NCBI GenBank assembly: GCA_040755995.1
Contig: JBFMAF010000032.1
Span: 289,306-353,305, forward strand
Direction: 5' to 3'
Origin: Acidobacteriota bacterium
GTDB lineage: Bacteria; Acidobacteriota; CAIWXX01
DNA: 64,000 nucleotides
Positions within the stretch are counted from its first letter, which is position 1; each line of letters opens with the position of its first letter. Below are positions 57,202 to 64,000 of this stretch, in pieces. The notes below the pieces were generated by a model. That model made no database searches and was not told the DNA's origin. It worked only from the letters and a program-made list of their open reading frames with translations. The position numbers and the translations under genes were made by a program.

Positions 57202-57907
57202 GTTCGCGCTGCTTGTCGAACTCAGCGCGATCCACGCGCACGAATCGTACGGCGTCGCCTGTTTGGAGAAGCGACGGAGGATTGCGCGTCGCTATGAACA
57301 GTCTGAGCGGGGTTCTTCCGATGATTCTCCAGCCTCCGGGCGATTCGAGCGGATAGATCCCCGCCTGATTCCCGCCGATTGCGACGCTGCCCGCGGGCAC
57401 GCGCGTCCTCGGCGTTGCGAGCCGTGGTGTGGCGAGGCTGGGCGGCAAGCCGCCCAGATATGGAAAGCCCGGCGAGAAGCCGATGAAGTAGACCTGATAG
57501 TGGGCCTCGGTGTGAATGCGGACCACCTCGTCGCGCGCGAGCCCGGAGTGCGCTGCCACGGAGTCGAGATCCGGGGCGAGCTCGGAGTCATAGCACACCG
57601 GTATCGTGACCTCGCGCCCCGGCTCCTGCTCCAGATCCGCTCCGCTCCGGGCTCCCTCGGCAACAAGCTCCTCCACCTCACGGTGAGCAGCCAGCGTGGG
57701 ATCGAAGCACACCAGCAGGGACGAGTAGGCGGGATGGAGATCCCGTACGAAGGATGGGGCGCGCGACCGCAGGAATCCAAACAGGCGCAGGGCTCTCGCG
57801 TGGTGGTCTGCAGAGATGGTGTCTCCGAACGTCACAAGCACCGAGTGGTCGCTTGCAGGTACGAGCCGGAACGTTGCGTGGGATCCGGGGTACTCTGCCT
57901 GTGGCAT
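57194..57907 (-). CDS. pxpB: 5-oxoprolinase subunit B
   Basis: PAYSSLLV, IPVCY, GFSPGFPYLG, GIYPLESPGGWRIIGRTP. Confidence 0.93.
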   Translation of the reverse strand: MPQAEYPGSHATFRLVPASDHSVLVTFGDTISADHHARALRLFGFLRSRAPSFVRDLHPAYSSLLVCFDPTLAAHREVEELVAEGARSGADLEQEPGREVTIPVCYDSELAPDLDSVAAHSGLARDEVVRIHTEAHYQVYFIGFSPGFPYLGGLPPSLATPRLATPRTRVPAGSVAIGGNQAGIYPLESPGGWRIIGRTPLRLFIATRNPPSLLQTGDAVRFVRVDRAEFDKQREQV

Positions 57908-57929
57908 CGCGACAAGGATATGCAGCCCA

Positions 57930-57982
57930 AGTGCAAAATGCAAAATGCGCGTTCTTCATTTTGCATTTTGCATTTTGCATTG
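57930..57982. repeat. Inverted TGCAAAA heptamer tracts (hairpin-forming)
   Basis: tgcaaaa tgcaaaa tgc ... cattttg cattttg cattttg cattg. Confidence 0.85.
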
Positions 57983-58027
57983 ACTCTTTTGCCTTCTGGC
58001 GGCGCAGCAGGTAATATTGGGGAGATT

Positions 58028-58597
58028 ATGAGCGAAGTGCTGGTGGAGAGAGAGCTGGCCGGAGGCCGCGTGTTGCGGGTGATGCACGGTGATCTGACCG
58101 ATGAGCGCGTGGATGCCATCGTGAACGCGGCGAACTCGCAGCTGGCTCACGGTGGAGGTGTCGCCGGGGCTATCGTGCGGAAGGGCGGTGCCGTGATTCA
58201 GGAGGAGAGCAGTCGCGTGGCGCCCGTTCCGGTGGGTGAGACGGCCGTGACGTCGGCCGGCGGGCTCCCTGCACGCTACGTCATCCACGCGGTCGGACCC
58301 GTGTGGGGCGAAGGGGATGAAGACCGCAAGCTGTACAGCGCGTTCTACAATTCGCTTAAGCGCGCCGGGGATCTCGAATGCAAATCGGTGTCGCTTCCGG
58401 CGATCAGCTCGGGTATCTTCGGATTCCCGAAGGAGCGATGCGCGAAGATATTCGTGGACGCAGTGGAGAGTTATCTGGCGGAGCATCCCGAATCGAGCTT
58501 GCGGGAGATCCGCGCGACAAACATCGACCAGGCGACCTCGGTGCTCTTCTCCGAGGAGGTGCGGAGAAGGGTGGGACAGGGCGGCGAGAAACGGTGA
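58028..58597 (+). CDS. Macro domain protein (ADP-ribose/O-acetyl-ADP-ribose binding)
   Basis: GDLT, DAIVNAAN, HGGGVAGAI, VIHAVGP, PAISSGIFGFP. Confidence 0.93.
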   Translation: MSEVLVERELAGGRVLRVMHGDLTDERVDAIVNAANSQLAHGGGVAGAIVRKGGAVIQEESSRVAPVPVGETAVTSAGGLPARYVIHAVGPVWGEGDEDRKLYSAFYNSLKRAGDLECKSVSLPAISSGIFGFPKERCAKIFVDAVESYLAEHPESSLREIRATNIDQATSVLFSEEVRRRVGQGGEKR

Positions 58598-58673
58598 ATG
58601 CGTAGCCGGTGGGCGGATGCGCGGCCTTCACTGCGCGGGGCAGAACACCATGAAGCAGGTGGTTGAGGAGTTC

Positions 58674-60293
58674 ATGAGGAAACGGTCGACATTACTTATC
58701 GTTCTGACCCTGTTGTCGGGCTCTGCCATCGGAGGCATATACGGCAGCCAGAGCGAGGGGCGCACGGCTGAGTGGAACCAGGACCTGCGGAGGCTGGCAG
58801 AGATTCTCGACCTCGCAGAGCGCAACTACGTCGTTCCGATCGATCCGGAGGAGACCATTTATCAGTCCATTCACGGACTCCTGCGACAGCTCGATCCCCA
58901 CAGCCAGTTCCTCGATCCCCAGTCCTATGCGAATCTGAAAGAAGAGCACCGCGGGCACTTCTACGGGCTCGGTATCACCATCCAGAAGATCGAGGACAGG
59001 CTGACCGTGATCTCCCCGATCGAGGGAACGCCCGCCTATCGAATGGGGATTCGCGCTGGTGACGTCATCGCGGAAATCGAAGGTGAGTCGACCAAGGAGA
59101 TGACCTCGGATCAGGCGGCGAGGAAGCTGCGCGGACAGAAGGGCACGGCGGTCCGTATCTCGATCGTTCGACAGGGGATCGATGAGCCGCTGGAGTTCAC
59201 GATCGTACGCGACGAGATTCCGCTGCTCTCGGTCCCGTATGCCTTCCTGATCAACGGCTCCACCGGATACGTCGGTGTCAGGAACTTCACCGAGACGACG
59301 GAGAAGGAGCTCACCGACGCGTTCGGTGAGCTGAGCCGGACGGGGATGAAAAGGCTCATCCTCGATCTCCGCGGAAACACGGGTGGGATCCTGGACCAGG
59401 CTATCTCCGTCTCGGACCTCTTCCTTCGGAAGGGCCAGTTGATCGTCTATACCCGCGGCCGCGGTCGCGGTACCAGCCAGGAATTCAATGCGTCAGAAGA
59501 TGGGCAGTACGAGTCGCTCCCGCTGATCGTCCTCGTGAACCACGGGAGCGCTTCCGCTGCCGAGATCGTTGCCGGTGCCATACAGGACCACGACCGGGGG
59601 CTTGTCATCGGTGAGACTACCTGGGGCAAGGGACTCGTGCAGTCAATCTTCCGGCTCAGCCACGACTCGGCCCTCGCGCTCACCACCTCGAAGTACTACA
59701 CGCCGACCGGGCGGTGCATACAGCGCGACTACTCGAAGTCCCTCGAGGAGTACTACTTCTCCACCGAGGATGAGATCAAGCGGATGCCCAGAGGAGAGGC
59801 CCACCTTACGCCTGCAGGGCGGACCGTCTACGGGGGCGGTGGGATCACGCCCGATGTGGAGGTCGAGCCGCCGGAAACGACCAAGTACTTCGACATGCTG
59901 GCCTCGCGGCGGGCGTTCTTCGATTACACCACCAACTTCATCGCCGGACTCACGACACTGGGGAAGACGATGCAGGTGAAAGACCCCCACACCGGCCGCG
60001 TGAACCTCGAATTGTCTTATCGTGTGGGGGAGGACATCATCCGGGATTTCAAGGAGTTCCTGGTGCAGAAGCAGATCGCATCCGATGAGAAGCAGTTCGG
60101 CGAGAGTGAGTACCTGATTCGGATCGCACTGCAACGGGAGTTGTTCGCCGATCTCTGGGGCGCCCAGGAAGCTATCAGGTCCACGATCCAGGATGATCCG
60201 GTCCTATTGCGAGGGGAACAACTCTTCCCACAGGCAGAGGCGATGGCGGCGGCTGCCATGGCAGCCTCGCTCAAGGCAGCCCCGAGTCGCTAG
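58674..60293 (+). CDS. S41 family carboxyl-terminal protease (CtpA/Prc-like)
   Basis: LDPHS, PDZ GLGI, LDLRGNTGG, SASAAEI, TWGKGLVQ. Confidence 0.93.
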   Translation: MRKRSTLLIVLTLLSGSAIGGIYGSQSEGRTAEWNQDLRRLAEILDLAERNYVVPIDPEETIYQSIHGLLRQLDPHSQFLDPQSYANLKEEHRGHFYGLGITIQKIEDRLTVISPIEGTPAYRMGIRAGDVIAEIEGESTKEMTSDQAARKLRGQKGTAVRISIVRQGIDEPLEFTIVRDEIPLLSVPYAFLINGSTGYVGVRNFTETTEKELTDAFGELSRTGMKRLILDLRGNTGGILDQAISVSDLFLRKGQLIVYTRGRGRGTSQEFNASEDGQYESLPLIVLVNHGSASAAEIVAGAIQDHDRGLVIGETTWGKGLVQSIFRLSHDSALALTTSKYYTPTGRCIQRDYSKSLEEYYFSTEDEIKRMPRGEAHLTPAGRTVYGGGGITPDVEVEPPETTKYFDMLASRRAFFDYTTNFIAGLTTLGKTMQVKDPHTGRVNLELSYRVGEDIIRDFKEFLVQKQIASDEKQFGESEYLIRIALQRELFADLWGAQEAIRSTIQDDPVLLRGEQLFPQAEAMAAAAMAASLKAAPSR

Positions 60294-60345
60294 CTGCTCC
60301 GTGACGGATCGCCAGATGCGTTGGCGGCCCCCGGGAGAGTCTGGC

Positions 60346-61509
60346 TCAGTCGGCGCCGGCCGTAGCCTCTCGGCCCAGGTGGACGACCGCCGCGGGGACG
60401 AGCGGCAGGCTCCCCGAAACCATCGCCGGCATATCAGGGGCCTCCGCCAGGCTCTCCCCGCCTTCGGCGCGCTCCCTGATGAGCAGCCAGCTCTCTTCGG
60501 GTATCTGAAGGAACGAATCCACGACCTTCGGGTCGAACTGCGTGCCCGAGTACTTGCGGATCTCGGCCCGGACGGAATCGAAACTCTGCCGGTTACGATA
60601 GACCCTGTCGCTGGTCATGGCGTCGAGCGTGTCGGCCACGGCGAATATTCTGGCCCCGATCGGGATCTCGTCCCTCATCAGGCCCCTTGGATACCCCAGG
60701 CCGTCGTATCGCTCGTGGTGGCTGTAGACGATGAGACTCGCTTCGCGAAGGAATTCGATGTTCCGGATCATCCGGTAGCCGAGCTCCGCGTGCGACCGCA
60801 TGATCTGCCATTCCTCTTCGGAGAGCGGCCCGGGCTTGAGAAAGATAGCATCCGGCACGCCGATCTTGCCGACGTCGTGAAGCAGCGCTCCCCGCTCGAT
60901 GTCGATCACCTGCTGGCGCGGCAGGCCGAGCTTGAAGGCCAGCGCCACCGTGTAGCCCGCGACGCGCCGAGAGTGACTCTGAGTCTCTACATCCCGCGTG
61001 TCGAGAGCGGCGCCCAGCGCTTCGAGCGTCTGGCGGTACATGCCCTTTATCTCACGGAAGGCCCGCTGCACCTCCTGCGTCCGCTCCCATACCATCCGCT
61101 CGAGATTCAACTTGTAGTTCTCGTTCTGCAGGATGATCGTGCGCTTCTCGCCGGCCTTCTTGAGAGCGAACATGAGGTCATGCAGAGTGAACGGCTTGTC
61201 GAGGAAATCCGATACGCCCGTGCGCATCGCCGCGATTGCAGTCTCCTTGTCGCTGAAGGCCGTGATGAGGAGCACGACGATCTTGGAATCGACTTGCGAG
61301 ATCCTGTCCGCCAGCTCGATGCCGTTCATCTGCGGCATCTTGAAATCCGTCAGAACGATGTCGACACCGGAAGGATCCTGCTCGACGGCCCGCAGGCCGT
61401 CCAGACCGTTGCTGGCCACGTCTACGACGTATCCCTGCGTTTCCAGCAGCTCTTTCAGCTTGGTGCGGATTTCCTCTTCGTCGTCGACGACAAGCAGGCG
61501 AAACGGCAT
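60346..61509 (-). CDS. Response regulator with HD-GYP phosphodiesterase domain
   Basis: Receiver domain; HSRRV, LHDVGK, HHERYDGLGYP, VADTLDAMTSDRVYR. Confidence 0.94.
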   Translation of the reverse strand: MPFRLLVVDDEEEIRTKLKELLETQGYVVDVASNGLDGLRAVEQDPSGVDIVLTDFKMPQMNGIELADRISQVDSKIVVLLITAFSDKETAIAAMRTGVSDFLDKPFTLHDLMFALKKAGEKRTIILQNENYKLNLERMVWERTQEVQRAFREIKGMYRQTLEALGAALDTRDVETQSHSRRVAGYTVALAFKLGLPRQQVIDIERGALLHDVGKIGVPDAIFLKPGPLSEEEWQIMRSHAELGYRMIRNIEFLREASLIVYSHHERYDGLGYPRGLMRDEIPIGARIFAVADTLDAMTSDRVYRNRQSFDSVRAEIRKYSGTQFDPKVVDSFLQIPEESWLLIRERAEGGESLAEAPDMPAMVSGSLPLVPAAVVHLGREATAGAD

Positions 61510-61787
61510 GTCACACTCTGGCGAGGCGTGGCCTCGGACCGATGAAGCATGCGGGGCCGCTCCGGCCGCGCCTCGCGCCGACAGTCGAGAGTGGAGAGCG
61601 GACAGCTCGCGCGTGGCAATGACGCACCGCTCGATGAACTCGACTCAATCGCAGCATTTCCTTCGCCTCAAACGGGCTCCCACACTTTCCTTATCGACAC
61701 TATTATACGTAATCCTTAGCATTTGGGTTCATCATCGGGCCGGCGGATCATCTCCTCGCGAGAGCGCGCGACGGGCCCCCGCACACA

Positions 61788-63278
61788 TCAGCTCTCCTCT
61801 GACTGCTTTCCGCTGCTTAGTGGAACTCGCGACGGAGGCGTTTGACAGTAGTCGTGGCGTAGATCGATGCAGTGGCGTCTCATCATTCCGACCAGCGTCG
61901 TCCGCTTGAGATGGAGCAGCTCGGCGGCCCTGGCCCTGTTCCCGCCGGCCGTCTTCAGGCCTTGCGTGATCAGCTCGCGTTGGAAATCATCCATCATCGA
62001 TTCGAAGTTGAGTCCCTCTCGGGGCACGTAGACCTGCCGGAACAGCACGCGTGGATCTACCTGCTGGATCTCGGCGCGAAAATGCTCCGGCATGATCAAC
62101 AGCTGATCGCCGCTGAGCAGGACCGCCTGTTCCACGGCGTTCTCCAGCTCGCGCACATTCCCGGGCCAATGGTACGCCACGAGCTGTTGCATGGCGAGCT
62201 GCCCGATCGTCTTCGCAGGGAACCCGTGCTCGAAGGAATACTGGTCTGCGAAGCACCGTGCCAGCATCGGCAGGTCCTCGATGCGCTCGCGCAGCGACGG
62301 AATCTCTATGTGGATCGCGTTGAGCGATTCATAGAGTCCCCTGTGAAAGGCCCCCACCTCGACCCTCTTGCCCAATTCATCACACGTGAGTGCGATGATC
62401 CTGACGGCCGTCTTGACCGGCCTGGCGCCCGAACCCCGCTCCAACCGGCCGCTGCGGATGAATCGTGCCAGCTTGTCTTGAAGCGCCGGGCTGAGCGCCT
62501 CGATTGCGTCTATCAACAGGGTTCCGCGGTGAGCGAGCTCTATAGCACCGGCCCGATGCTGCCCAACGCCCGTGGCCGGGTCCGGTGCCGTGCCGAAGAT
62601 CTCTTGGTCCAAGAGCGATTCGGACGCCAGGTCGCAACGCACGCCGACGAATGGGCGATCGCGGCGGGACCCGTTCCAGTGGATGGTCCTCGCCACCATG
62701 TCCTTGCCTGCGCCCGGCTCGCCCTCCACCAGCACGTGCGACGACGTCCCCATGGCGCGCTCGATCCAGTGGAATACCTCCCGCATCGGGTCGCACTGAC
62801 CGATCATGTTCGCGAACCGGTAGCGGTCCTTAAGGCCCTTCTTGAGGATGAAGTTCTCGATCGCGAGGCGCTTCATTTCGAGCGCCCGGCGGATCCTGTG
62901 TGTCAGCTTCGCGAGCTCGAACGGCTTCGACAGGAAGTCAGTCGCACCCAGATGCATCAGCTCCACTGCGACCTCGATAGAGCCATACCCGGTCATGACA
63001 ATGACAACAGCTTCAGGGTAGAGCGACACGGCCTCACGAACGATCTGCCTGCCATCCTGCTCGGGCAGTTTCAGATCCGTGAGGAAGACGTCGAAGGGAC
63101 GCGCCCTGAGCATTTCCAGCCCCTCGGTGCCGGTGCCCGCTTCCTCTACCTTGAATCCTTCTTTGTGGAGGTGCGTGGCTATCGCCGCGCGAAGAAGCTG
63201 GTCGTCCTCGACCACCAGAATCTCGTCGAACCGTTTTACGGCCGAAGGCGATCCCTTCCGCCTGTGCAACTTCCTCAT
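61788..63278 (-). CDS. NtrC-like response regulator with degenerate AAA+ domain
   Basis: Receiver, GEPGAGKD, WPGNVRELEN and Fis HTH present; GAFTGA and Walker B Glu absent. Confidence 0.88.
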   Translation of the reverse strand: MRKLHRRKGSPSAVKRFDEILVVEDDQLLRAAIATHLHKEGFKVEEAGTGTEGLEMLRARPFDVFLTDLKLPEQDGRQIVREAVSLYPEAVVIVMTGYGSIEVAVELMHLGATDFLSKPFELAKLTHRIRRALEMKRLAIENFILKKGLKDRYRFANMIGQCDPMREVFHWIERAMGTSSHVLVEGEPGAGKDMVARTIHWNGSRRDRPFVGVRCDLASESLLDQEIFGTAPDPATGVGQHRAGAIELAHRGTLLIDAIEALSPALQDKLARFIRSGRLERGSGARPVKTAVRIIALTCDELGKRVEVGAFHRGLYESLNAIHIEIPSLRERIEDLPMLARCFADQYSFEHGFPAKTIGQLAMQQLVAYHWPGNVRELENAVEQAVLLSGDQLLIMPEHFRAEIQQVDPRVLFRQVYVPREGLNFESMMDDFQRELITQGLKTAGGNRARAAELLHLKRTTLVGMMRRHCIDLRHDYCQTPPSRVPLSSGKQSEES

Positions 63279-63435
63279 GGTTGAGACAGTATTCTAACTC
63301 GGCGAACGCCGTTGTCAAACCGGGGAAAGAGAAAGAGTGTGAAGTATGAAGTCTGAAAGGCGACATGCCTTCACAATTCGTTTGCGGATCTGGCCCTGTG
63401 TGGTAGAGTATGACATCGCGCAGGGGAGGATCAGT

Positions 63436-64000
63436 ATGACACTTCGACCGACACCGTTCCGTGTGCTAGTCGTGGACGACGACGCGGACCTGCGTGACGC
63501 CCTCGCGGATTACTTCGGCCAGAAGGGGCTCAGCGTGGTCTCCGCCCCTGATGGAGAGGAAGCGATCCGGATGATCGAAGCGAGCGCGGAGCCATTCCAG
63601 ATCGTCCTCGCCGACCTGGTCATGCCGCACAAGACCGGCCTGGAGGTTCTCAAGGCAGCCAAAGAGAAGTTTCCAGACGCCCACGTCGTGATCGTCACCG
63701 GATATGCATCGCTCGAGAGCGCCGTCGAAGCAGTCCGGCTCGGCGCCTACGACTACATCCTGAAGCCGTTCAGGATGGACGAGATGGAGGTGCTGCTGAA
63801 GCACGTCGGCGAACGGATCGGGCTGCTCCACGAGAACCGCGACCTCGTCAATAACCTCCGCGACCTCCACGACCGCCTCGACGCGCTCAACGAGACGAAG
63901 TGCAGGACGGAGCGGACCGTGCGAGAGATGGGGCATGCCCTAGCGGACAATACGCAGAAACTCGGGCAGGTCCTCGCCGAGCTGCACGCTCTCAAAGAAG
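63436..64000 (+). CDS. Response regulator (receiver plus coiled coil; runs off the window)
   Basis: Not in the ORF track. Manual translation MTLRPTPFRVLVVDDD...LADLVMP...VTGYAS...AYDYILKPF; RBS GGAGGA. Confidence 0.88.
   Translation, partial: MTLRPTPFRVLVVDDDADLRDALADYFGQKGLSVVSAPDGEEAIRMIEASAEPFQIVLADLVMPHKTGLEVLKAAKEKFPDAHVVIVTGYASLESAVEAVRLGAYDYILKPFRMDEMEVLLKHVGERIGLLHENRDLVNNLRDLHDRLDALNETKCRTERTVREMGHALADNTQKLGQVLAELHALKE

Noticed and set aside
57119..58027. Apparent long N-terminal extension of the macro-domain ORF
   Set aside because: It is antisense to pxpB and crosses repeats; the real start is ATG 58028 with a GGGGAG RBS
547..63284. Many long antisense or alternate-frame ORFs (e.g. 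547-2130, 26316-27926, 46558-48102, 60193-61545, 61872-63284)
   Set aside because: Shadow ORFs expected in high-GC DNA; they overlap well-supported genes and lack motifs

Overview
GC-rich bacterial chromosome segment from a diderm organism, judged from outer-membrane, LolA-like and Tat genes. Gene content is compatible with an anaerobic or facultative Acidobacteriota-like organism (inference only). Left part: MacAB-like ABC exporter, YceI, a monoheme cytochrome / DUF3373-like porin / octaheme (OTR-like) cytochrome cluster with a two-component system, a BNR-repeat protein, a QueG-like Fe-S protein divergent from a CGNR regulator, a 2-hydroxyacyl-CoA dehydratase pair and a degenerate AsnB homolog. 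Middle: an ArsR-rhodanese / DsrE / OsmC / MMPL / LolA-like / outer-membrane-protein operon, then an integrase-less integron cassette array (3 clear attC sites plus decayed ones), an ECF sigma factor with a C-terminal CxCGC tail coupled to an unannotated 29-aa CGCGC peptide, gene fragments, a multi-GAF diguanylate cyclase and an AbiEii-like toxin pair. Right part: the conserved phoH-(7TM-HD)-ybeY-corC-era-recO operon, tatA/B-tatC, vapBC, pxpB-pxpC-MFS-pxpA, a macro-domain protein, an S41 protease, an HD-GYP regulator and an NtrC-like regulator with degenerate ATPase and sigma54-contact motifs. Many intergenic gaps carry short 7-8 bp tandem repeats. No rRNA, tRNA, CRISPR array or transposase was recognised. 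All family calls come from motif recognition by eye, not database searches.
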